From Candidatus Magasanikiibacteriota bacterium (GTDB lineage: Bacteria > Patescibacteriota > Patescibacteriia > Magasanikbacterales > UBA922): a stretch of 64,000 bases of DNA. Positions 45,852-57,100 of this stretch are shown in pieces. Numbering within the stretch: position 1 is the stretch's first letter; every line of letters starts with the position of its first letter. Both the position numbers and the translations under genes were made by a program. Below the pieces are notes generated by a model. The model was not told where the DNA came from. It did not search any database and worked only from the letters and a program-made list of their open reading frames with translations. The stretch is from contig JBPOJQ010000010.1 in the NCBI GenBank assembly GCA_052033375.1, forward strand, positions 5,941 through 69,940, read 5' to 3'.

Positions 45852-48146
45852 ATGCTCCCGAAGACTCGACGAACAATTAATACAAAGTTAAAAGTTACCG
45901 TATGGACCTTTCGTGCGGTTGCTTTTGTTTTTTTATTTATTTTTTCTTTCCACCTGTTCGGCGATGTTTTGTACGCAGCACCTTCGAGTGTGGCAGAAGA
46001 CCAATTTGGTATTGAGGGTGTTGGTGAAAATATTAGCATTCCGTCAGATCCGAATTCTGATATTAGAGTAATTATTGTTCGGATTATCAATGTTGTGTTG
46101 ACTTTTCTTGGTATCGTGGCGGTGGGTTTTGTACTCTATGCTGGTTATCTCTGGATGACCTCTTCTGGGAACGAGGAACAAGTCGCTCAGGCTAAAAAAA
46201 TGCTTGTTAATGGAGTTATTGGTCTTACGATTATACTTTCAGCTTTTGGGGTGACGAGTTATATCCTACGGTCTCTTATTAATTCGATTAATGGTTCAAG
46301 TGGTGGTGTGACGACTGGTACGCGTCCTGCGGTCGCTACGTATACATTTTCTGGTTCTCTTGGAAGCGTGATTAAGGATCATTATCCTCGTCGTGATCAG
46401 CGTGAGGTTCCGAGAAATACTAGTATTGTGGTCACTTTTGGAGTTCCTGTTGCTCCGTCGTCACTGATTGAAAATATTAATCGAACCTGCTGGAGTGATG
46501 ATTGGTCTCAACCAACTACCATATGTAAAACTCCTTCAGGAGGAGTTGTCGATACCAATACTCCGCTTGATCAAATTGTTAATCCGTATTATGGGGACTG
46601 TGTTGATACCAATAATGATGGAACTGTTTCAGTACAATCTGAATGTGATCGACTTATTACTGATCGAGTAGTCTTTGATGAACGTTCATTATTTACTTCC
46701 GCTGTCTCTGAGGGGGGCTCTATAGGAAAATCAGCGGCTGCGCTTACTACGTATGACTTACAGAGAAATGCTTTCACTTTTGTAATTAAGCCATATGAAT
46801 ACTTGGGTTCTTCAAGCGAAGATATTGAGTACCGTGTTCGATTGACCCCAGAAATTATGCGAGCTGATAATGGACAGAGTGTGTTTGAAAATCAATTTTC
46901 AGATGGGTATGTGTGGGATTTTACTACAGGTAATACGCTCGATTTGGCGCCCCCACATGTGTTGAATGTCTATCCTGAGACCGGTTCGATTATTCCAAAA
47001 AATTCAATTATTCAGATTACATTTGACGAGCCGATTGACCCTACTACTGTTGAGAGCATAGTAAATGAGGGTTCGAATAATACATTTGTTTCGACTTTGC
47101 TTAATCAGAAAATAGGCGAGACTCTATATGCTGTGTCTGGATCATGGAGACTGACGAATGGGTATACCACGCTTGAATTTACACCAAGCGCTGATTGTGG
47201 AGTCAATAGTTGTGGGGAGAAAATGTTTTGTCTCGAAGTGGATTGTTCGGGTGCCACCTGTACTAATTCATATGAGGCTCTCCTTCGGACCGCAGAATGG
47301 ACGAGAAATAGTCAATCACCTTTTGAATCCGTACCTTTCTCTGGTATTTATGATTTAGCGTTTAATGGACTCGATAATACAGCAGATAATGAGACGAGTA
47401 ATCATCTTACTAAGCCTGATCTCAATACTGCAATTTTGATTCAACCTGCTGAAAAAAAACCTGATAATTATTGGTGGTCTTTTCAGGTTTCGAATACTAT
47501 CGATCGTTCGGCACCGTATATCGAAGAGATTATTCCAGGTGTTGATGCAGAAGATATTTCTGGTAGCATTCCTGTTTCAATACGTTTTAGCAAACGTATG
47601 ATGTCTGCGACGTTGCAGGGTGTGGATATACGCAGTGGAATTTCTCTGTTGGAGCATCCCACGAATATTTGTTCTGACGCTGCTATTGATACTGAATCTC
47701 CAAATGAATGTTCCGATGACGCACGGTTGGATAATTTATGGTTCAGAGTGGGTAGTGTAATAGTTGGTGATAAGACTCGAGCTATTTTGGACCATCGTGA
47801 ATTTGGACCCAATGGTCTGGATTTGTATTACATTCCAAGTGTTCCTAGCACCGTCAAAAGTGTGACGCAGAATTGTGTATATCCAGGAATTGGCCCATGG
47901 ACAGAGACACCAGCTCCCTCAGGAGAGGCATCTGTATGTGAAGTGACATACGATAAAAATGGATACGTGCAATCGAGTGTGGGCTGTGTCGGGGTTACTC
48001 ATAATGACGCTCTCGAAGATACTGGGTGTGTGTATACACTTGGTTCGGGGTATACTGCTGGAAGTCCAAGCGATCCTATTTTTCGAGCGAGTGACATAGA
48101 GTCTTGTGTGAATCGTCTCTATACTGAGTCTCAGAATTCATATTAA
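45852..48146 (+). CDS. VirB2/TrbC-like pilin domain fused to Ig-like (Big_5-type) domains
   Basis: IINVVLTFLGIVAV..YAGYLWMTSSGNEEQV..AKK.L.NGVIGL; repeated P..V..N..I.VTF units. Confidence 0.78.
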   Translation: MLPKTRRTINTKLKVTVWTFRAVAFVFLFIFSFHLFGDVLYAAPSSVAEDQFGIEGVGENISIPSDPNSDIRVIIVRIINVVLTFLGIVAVGFVLYAGYLWMTSSGNEEQVAQAKKMLVNGVIGLTIILSAFGVTSYILRSLINSINGSSGGVTTGTRPAVATYTFSGSLGSVIKDHYPRRDQREVPRNTSIVVTFGVPVAPSSLIENINRTCWSDDWSQPTTICKTPSGGVVDTNTPLDQIVNPYYGDCVDTNNDGTVSVQSECDRLITDRVVFDERSLFTSAVSEGGSIGKSAAALTTYDLQRNAFTFVIKPYEYLGSSSEDIEYRVRLTPEIMRADNGQSVFENQFSDGYVWDFTTGNTLDLAPPHVLNVYPETGSIIPKNSIIQITFDEPIDPTTVESIVNEGSNNTFVSTLLNQKIGETLYAVSGSWRLTNGYTTLEFTPSADCGVNSCGEKMFCLEVDCSGATCTNSYEALLRTAEWTRNSQSPFESVPFSGIYDLAFNGLDNTADNETSNHLTKPDLNTAILIQPAEKKPDNYWWSFQVSNTIDRSAPYIEEIIPGVDAEDISGSIPVSIRFSKRMMSATLQGVDIRSGISLLEHPTNICSDAAIDTESPNECSDDARLDNLWFRVGSVIVGDKTRAILDHREFGPNGLDLYYIPSVPSTVKSVTQNCVYPGIGPWTETPAPSGEASVCEVTYDKNGYVQSSVGCVGVTHNDALEDTGCVYTLGSGYTAGSPSDPIFRASDIESCVNRLYTESQNSY

Positions 48147-48151
48147 TCCTT

Positions 48152-51100
48152 ATGAAACGCCTGTTTTCTTTTGTAAATATAGTATCAATTGGGGTCGTCC
48201 TTTTTGCAGTGTATTTTGGCTTTGCGGGAACTTTTTTCGCGCAAGAAGCAGTAGCTGATACTTTTGGACTCACTAGCGTGGGAGAACAAATTTCTGTGTC
48301 GAGTCAAACTCCTGATTTGAGGGTTACTGTGGTGCGTATTATTAATATTTTTTTGGGTTTTTTGGGAATTGTAGCAGTTTGTATCGTGTTGTATGGCGGA
48401 TATTTGTACATGACGTCGAGAGGGGATGATGAAAAAATCGGTACAGCAAAAAAAATCTTGGTCAATGGCTCAATTGGGCTTTTGATTGTACTTTCTGCAT
48501 TTGGAATAACTTCATTTGTATTATCTCGGTTACAAGATTCAATTTCTGGTACCTCTGGGCCGGGTGGTGGGGGCGGGGGTGGAGGTGAATTACTAGGATC
48601 GTGTGACGATGTTAATTCTCCGTATTATGCGGCCTACGCGACGACTCGTTGTGCACAATTTTGTGATAATCATCCGGTGCAGTGTGCATCCTCTCAGTAT
48701 TTTATTGTAAAAAGTATTACTCCTCACACACCTGATGCTGCTGACTCAACTGGTATGAATAATTCTGTGATTCGCGTGTTATTTAGTAAACAGCCAGCAG
48801 GTGCAGTGAGCGATATCTTTAAAATATTTAAAAAAGAAAGCGAACAAGAAGTTGATATTACGAGTCAATTTAATTTTTCATTTGAGGAGGGTGGTCTTCT
48901 CGTTGCTGCGACGTATACACAAGGACCTGCCTGTGCGTCGGTAAATGGTGTTTCAGTGTATTGTCTTTCGAACGGTGAATATCGGATTGAAGTGAATCAA
49001 AATTTGCGTGACATTGAGGATCGAGCATTGACCCTTGAGGTTGCAAATCAGTCATTTCCTCGAATTGCGACATTTCGTACTGGTTTATCGGGCGACACAC
49101 CTATTATTGATAGTGAATTTTCTGCTCTTGCACCAATTTCTATTGGAGGTTACCACGGTGATGATACTTTTCGAGCAGTCCGCGGAGAGACATATACGAT
49201 TGAAGGCACTCTCGGAGATACTCATGGAAACGCGTACGTGGATATGAAAGTTTATCGTGAAGGTTCATCTGGTCCGAGCGTTGTAAGATATGTTGATGGT
49301 CCACGTGTTCGTGCTACGGGTGGCTCTAGTCAGTCATTTGATTTTGAATACACACTTCGAATTGATTCGAATAAATTTGCCCCTGCAGTGGTGTATGTTG
49401 TGGAAATTATTGCGCATGATATTGATGGAAATACTGCCACCGATATAGTCAAATTTATAGTGGTACCTGCAAGTTGTACGAATGGTCTTCTTGATGCGGG
49501 CGAAACTGACGTCGATCAAGGAGCTGTGTGTGGTGGCGCACAGGGTAATAGTTGTCAATCTCAGAGTGATTGCGCTTATTGGCTCCAATGTCTTGATAAT
49601 GCTAATGCTGCATGTACTGGCTCAAATTGTTCATGTAAAGAAGTTCCTTATATTTCGAGTGTTGAATATATGAATGGTGCGCCAGGTAACTGGATTACTA
49701 TATTAGGTAAAAATTTTGGATCATCTGTTGGGGAAGTTACATTTAATTATGATTTTGATAGCAATGGTACTATAGATTCTCGTGTGCCTGTAGTGCTTGC
49801 TCAATGCCAGGAAGGGACTGTGTGGAATGATTCGTGGATCATTGTTGAAGTTCCTCAGCAGGCGCAATTTGCTTCTGAAGATGAGATCGTCAATCCTTCT
49901 ATTTCAGTTGTTTTACCCTCAGGACTTTCAGATTCTACGGATAATGATTTTGGTCCTCAACTTGGTACCTTTGTATATAATACAGTACAGCGTCCAAATC
50001 TATGTTCGGTTACTGTTGATGGTGATCATTCTGTACCTCTTGAGGATGGTACGAGTGTCACATTACATGCAGGTGATACCGCTGCACCACAGGGAACACC
50101 TGTGATTCTCGAAGGTAAGGGCTTCGGTATGTCTGAAGGTGAAGTTATTTTTCATACTGCTGCCGCAAATGTTGAGTCATGGTCAGGCGATGTTATTAAT
50201 TCTGCTGTACCATTTTTGGGTGAAGGACAGACTTCGGTGTATATTACATCTGATCTTGGTGAAAGAAGTAATCCTGTTTCTTTTATTGTTTCATCACCTG
50301 CTAATCTACGCCCACCAACTATTACCTCGATTGATCCAACGTCTGTGACCAAAGGGAGTTACATCACAATTACGGGTAATCGTTTTGGAGTGAGTGGTAA
50401 TGTGTACTTCACGCAGATTGAGGGTGGAAATTGTCCTGGGGCTGGGTGTATCCTCGGAGGGACACTTCCTCAGTCGTGTGGGAACACATGGAGCGTTAAT
50501 CAATTGATTACCAAGATCCCTGATGATCTTGAGTTTGCACTCGGTACATATTTTGTTGTTGTTGTTCGAGAAGATGGTGTAAAAACTGCAGGGTCAGAAA
50601 GTATCACTGTTGTCGCAGGTCCACCTTCGCCCAGTATTTGTCGTATTGATCCGCATCGTGGGTTTGCACCTATTTTTGATGAATCTGATGCAATCACTAT
50701 ATATGGAGAGAATTTTATCACTGACTCAGCAGTGAAGTTTTGGTACCCTCTCGGACAGTCGCAAGATCCGGATAGCTGGCTTTCAACTCAGTTGGGGGCA
50801 GGTATTGATGGTGGATCAATTTTAGATCTGACTACTCAGGAAATTAAGACGACTATTCCATATGATCCTGATTCTGGGCTTTCTATGTCGAGCGGACCTG
50901 TCAAAATTAAAAATGCCGCTGGATTATTCAGTAATGCAGTGAACTATACGGTATTGGATTGTCGTGATCCTGGTAGTCCACAAATTTCTGGATTCCAGTG
51001 TTGTAGTGAGGGTCCTGAGGCGGGTAGATGGAAACATGGAAATTATGCGTGTGAAAATTCGAGTCGTGAAGCCGGGTATGTGTGGAGATTTTCAAGTGGT

Positions 51101-54100
51101 AAAATGCCACAAAAGTTTTTTGTAAATGAACTTTGTTCGGACAGTGGATCACCCTCACCTAGTCCTTCAACACTCTGGAGCGATGGGTATAACGTATGTG
51201 TGAATGCTCAGTTGACTATTAATTTTAATTTACCAGTGAATCGGGCGACTGTTTTGGATCAATCAGGTAATATCACAAACATTACGATTTCTCAATGTGG
51301 AGGTACTGACACTGCAATTGATTGCTCAAACGATGAGCAGGTTGTTACTTCTGAATTTTCGGGTGAAGAGATGGGGGAGAATGCATTAGTTTTCAGAAAA
51401 AAGGATGGACCAATACTTTCCCCGCAGACGTGGTATCGCGTGGGTCTTTCGTCTGCTGTTTCTTCCCTTAGATTTGAAAATGAACTTGGAGATTTGGTTG
51501 AAAAAACAGAAAATTTGGAGCCGACACGTGAATGTCAAATCAATGGGGCAACCTATGCATATTGTTTTGATTTTAGAACTGGCCCTGCTAATTTTCAATG
51601 TTCACTTGTAGGCGCTGGAATTCATCCTTCAGATTACACCACAACACTTCTTGGAGTGGTACAGGATTCGCGAGGCAATAAAATTTATGATATTAATCGA
51701 GTATTTAATATATCTGCTGTACGTCCGCTAACATATCGTGTGTATGGTAAAAGCAATTTAGCATGTACGACGATTAATGTGGATGATAAGCCATGGGCAT
51801 GGGGTCCAATTGATGATGCGCCTGCGACTGGAAAACAAATGGTTGGACAGGTGCAGTCAAAAGGATATGCGGTAGCCTGGGAGCATTTTCCCGCAGGCTC
51901 TCCTATCAGTGCGACCATTATTGAAAATAGTGAAGAAATTAAGGCAGTGAGCATGCTTAGGATTACTCTTGGAGATCCGTACGCGAAGAATGTCTGGCCA
52001 TCGTGTAATGAGGCGTGTGTAAATGCTGAGATTGGTATTGAGTTCAATCAGATTATGGATGTTCGCACTTTTGATGCTTCGAAGTTGGCATTACATGAAT
52101 GTAGTACCGAAATGTGCGACTCATTAATCGAACCTTCTGTTCCATTGGTAATCACATCTGATTTGCAAAGTGAAACCATTCTTCGTGCATATCCAGCTAC
52201 GCTTTTGAAGAAAAATACATGGTATATTGTTGACTTGGAGGAGGGGGTGCGTGCTATAGGAGGTGTGGCCGAGGGCGAAGGTACTAAACTGGGCAGTAGT
52301 GTGCAGCCAAAACAGTGGAAATTCAGAACCAAAGATTCAGCACAATCATGTCTTGCTGATGCTGTTAAAATTTCGCCTGATCCTTTTTATTCAACTTATA
52401 TCGGAGAAGCGCAGTTATATCGAGCACTTCCTGTCGGTTCCCCAGATTCTTGTAGCGCGTCTGGCCAGCAGCTTAATCCGTGGAGTTATGGTTGGAATTG
52501 GAGCGTCGAAGATTCTGGAGTTGCGAAAGTAACTAACTTTAGTTTCAAAGGTTCTACTAAATCAGCGTGTACTATTGGCTGTACTCCTGTTGGTAGTGAT
52601 ATTTCCCGTCAACTGACGAGTTATCCTGTGTGTGGTAATGGTACTAAAGAGTCGGGCGAAGATTGTGATATTGCTCGTCCGGGTGAAATTCCTGGGACAA
52701 GTTGTTCATTTTCTTGTCTTCGTCCAGGTAGTAGCGCAACGTGTGGTAATGGTATTGTAGAGAATTCTTCAGGCGAAGAATGTGACTATAACGCTCCGGG
52801 TGCGATTCAAGGACTCTGTACGAATACATGTACCAATGCAGGATCTGCTTCACAGCCTGATATCGCTGGGAATGTGAATGCGCCTGTGTGTGGTGGGGGC
52901 GGCATCGGCTACGGCGAGGATTGTGATATTGATGATCCAGCGACCAAACATGGGTGTTCTAATACCTGTGTGAATATTGGTACACCAATTTCTCAGGCAT
53001 GGTGTGATGGGTGGGTGAGTTATTCTCAAAATCCAGGCAGTGTTAGTGCTGTAATGCGTGTACAGTATGCAGAAGTAAGTATGTCTGAATTCACAGCGGC
53101 ATGTGGTTCTGCTACTAGTGTTTGTGGTAATGGAATTATTGAGCAAGGAGAAGAGTGTGAGAGTACGGATTCTTACTGTTCAGCTCGTTGTCTGATTCAA
53201 AATGCATGTAATACACCGTATCAACAGTGCGCGCGTGGTGAAGAAGGTTGTCTCTCGGATTGCACATTTGCAGGTTCGTCGATTATGTACTCTACTCCTT
53301 CGGTTTGTGGAGATGGTATTGTCGGGATTGGAGAATTTTCCTCAGAAGATGATGATATTCGCTCATGTGAATTACCTCTAGCGACTGTTGGTAATACTCT
53401 TGGTGGAAATCCTGTACAGGTGGTCACGGCAGTGGGTAATCCAAGTAATGTTCCAACTACAGGGGTAGTTACTGATATGGAGACTAGGGTACAGGCACAG
53501 GCAAGTGTCGGACGCGATGAAGCTACGGGGAATCAGATTTCGATTGCTTCGGTCGCTGGCGAAGGTGAATATCATCTTCAGTGCGGATACGATGAATATG
53601 CGACCAAGCAAAGCGATGGTTCGTATAATAACTGTCCGTCTAATTCTGATAATACTTTCGGCGTTGCTTCTAATTCGTGCTGTATTGAACGACCGGCAAG
53701 AGTCGAAGAATATCCCATTTCGAATGCGGGTATCGGTGCCGGGAGTACGCCGGTATGCCGTAATACATATATTAGTGTTAGTTTTGATCAGAATATTCCT
53801 GCGGAATATATTCAAAATAACATTCAATTAGTCCAAGGTTTTGCACAGGGTTATTCGTGTTCTGAGCATGGTGGAAAAGATGTGACACTTGCGTTGAGTA
53901 GCGCACTTGATACAAACAGTACACATACTCAGAATTTTTGGGTCCGTGTCTGGAATTCAATTAAAACATTCTTTGCTCAATTGATACAAATTCGTGCACT
54001 CGCAGCACCTCAACCAAACGCATCAGTTCCGGGTGATCTGGTGCTGTGTTCAGGTGTGACTCCGTTTACTGTGAGACCAAGTTATGAAACGAATGCTGAC

Positions 54101-57100
54101 GGTGTGATTACCAAGACACTTGTGTCTATTTATCCAAATCAGGCGCTAGAATCAAATCAATATGTGCTTGTCCTACTTAATGGTGGTGAGGGTGGAATCA
54201 GAAATAATGTAGGAGTAAGTATCAAGTCACCTCTTGGTTCTGAGTTATCTGATTATTGGGTATTTAAGACTGGTGCACAAATTTGTAAGATACAGGAGGT
54301 CGTTGTTGAGCCTGCTTCAGCATTGTACACGGTGCCTAATAGTTCAAAACAATTTGTTGCACAGGCTATTTCTACTGATGCAGTGCGAAATCAAAAAATT
54401 GTGCCTATTCCTTTGCAGTATGCGTGGGAGTGGAATTGGGGACCACAAGAGGATGCTATTTTTGATATTCCTGTCACTGCAAATGCTGAAAATTCAATTA
54501 CTTCAAAAGGCGTTCGTGGACATACTGATGGTATTGTGAGTGCACGTGTAACAGTCGATGCTTCTCAGACGAATAATCAATCAGGTAAAACTTTTTCAAC
54601 TATATACAGTCTTGATGCTTTATTCTGTCAGAGACCATGGCCTCTCACTGCGAATCCGGTAAATGCAGATGATGTGGGGATAGATACGCTTTTTGTTGAT
54701 TTGACTTATAACTTTTCAATGTATTATTGTGCTGACAGTGGAAGTCCGTTGTCTTCTTTTGATGATCTTCCGTACTTTAATCAGATTGAAGTTATCACTG
54801 ATCCTACACAGCTCGGAGTCATTGCTCCGGGGGATTTACCAGATGCCTTAAGGCGTTATCTTTTGTTCGCTGATAAGACCGAAGATGCGATTGGGGTGCA
54901 GATTTTTGCAAATCCAGTCAAACCTGACGGCACTAGGCAAACATTGAACGAGTGGTATATCGGTAAATTTGGTGATCTTTCTGGTGTAAAGCAGGCAAGT
55001 ATCGCGGGGTATGACGCACTTTTGAATGATTTTAATCTGTATGTGAATGCGTATAATTTGTACGATCAATCAGTATATAACAACGTATATTTGTTTAGTA
55101 TTGATACTAATGCGAGCCCTGAAACGAGACAGGTATTTGATCAGTTGATCGCATCTCTACGCTTTAATATCAATCTCACTAATCACAATCGGTGTCTGCG
55201 TGCTGGAGCTTCTGGGGTGAGAGAAAGTCCGAATGAACTGGCTATTCCTTTGATTTCTTGTACCACTGATTTTGATTGCCGAGATAGTGCTGGCGCACCA
55301 AAGACTGGAACGAATGGTACCTGTTCGAATGCACTCACTAAGTTTGGACGTGATGTGAATCGTTTACAGCAGATGTCTCTAATTCAGAAAAAAACAGAAG
55401 CACAATTATCAAATACTGAATTGAATCTGTCGAGTGGCACGTATATCCCAGGATACACAAATTCAAAGTGGTCCTCATGGGGTAAATTAGGAGGAATTAT
55501 TGGCGGTGCTGCAACCGATCCGGTGAATCAATGGGTAGGGTGTAGCCCTCATGATCCTTCGACATGTTGGAGTGCCGACCTCACCACGTTTAGATGTCCT
55601 ACATTTTCTCAAGTGTATGAGTATGAGTATGATTCAGTGACTAAGAATTATGAGTACTATGTTCCATTTGAGTTTATCAATTCCTCTGATGATGATTTTG
55701 CGTCTCAATATGTTGATCTCCGGCATGTCAATTTTGATCGATGGGCACAGTGTAGGGCACCCGGCTCTATTGTGAGTCCATTTGGTGGGCAATGTGGGGA
55801 TGGGAACGTAAATATTGGGGAAGCGTGCGATCCACCAGGGAGAACTACCCTGTATGATAATGCATGTCCGGTCGGGTCATATGCAACAGCTACTTGCAAT
55901 TCTTCTTGTCAGTATACATACGGCGCGTGTAGCGCGAGTGCTGCGGTGTGCGGGAATGGACGAATAGATGCTGCAGAAGCATGCGACGCAGGATCAGAGA
56001 ACGGTACGTATGGAAGTCGATGTACTACACAGTGCCAAGTTGCGACTCAAAGTAACGGCGGACAGTTTTGTGGAAATGGTATTTTGGATACCAATGCTCA
56101 GGGAAATTATCTAGAATTTTGTGAAGAAGTAAATGGTGCTTGTATGCACATTAGTGAGAGCGGACAGATATTGAAGCCTGAAGTACATATTTTGCTTGAT
56201 AATTCTAGTTCTATGTCAGGCACGAAATGGGCAAGTGCTGTAGCAGGTATTCAGAATATTTATGCTGAATTATCTGATAGTATCAATTTCAGTCTGAGCA
56301 TATTTTCTCCGGTTGATAAACTTAATTCTCCTACCACCTGTTCACAGGTGATACCGCTTTCTTCGCTGCCTGCTACACCCAATGCAAACACGCCGACCAA
56401 AAGTGCACTTGCAGAGATATATGCACTGAGAACATCATTGTTTGGTTCTAATGATAGTGTTGCAAAAAAACTCGTAATTATTACTGATGGAGATCCAACC
56501 AATTTTGATTATCGAAATCAATTTGGACAAATAACAGCAAGTTGTCAGGGAAATACTCCTTCAAATGTGGTTAGTGAGATTCAGAAATTTAATCAAGCAA
56601 ATATTCAGACATTTGTCGTTGGGTTTGGTAATCTGAGTCAGAGTCTTAAAAATAATCTCAATTTATTTGCTCAAGCTGGTGGAACTAGTAACCCTGACTC
56701 ACCATCGAGTGATCTGTTTTTCACCGCTGAAAATTCATCCCAGCTGGTGAGCGCTTTTTCTGGTATTTTGGGTTGTTTTGAATACAGTCAATATAAACAA
56801 AACTCATGTTCCTGGAATTGTCAGGAATATGGAGATTATTGTGGTGATGGAATTGTGCAACAGGGGAGCGGTGAAGAGTGTGAGCCCTCTATCAGTGGAG
56901 TGAATACCTGTAGTCCGTATTGTAAATTTGTCGTTACACCAGCTGCAGTGTGTGGAAATTCTCAAGTGGAATCAGGTGAACAGTGTGATGATGGTAATAT
57001 ATCTGATCAGGATGGATGTTCGTCATTATGTTCGTTTGAATCAGTGTCGGCTGCGTGCGGGAACGGCATTGTCGAGACGGTGAACGGCATACAAGAGCAA

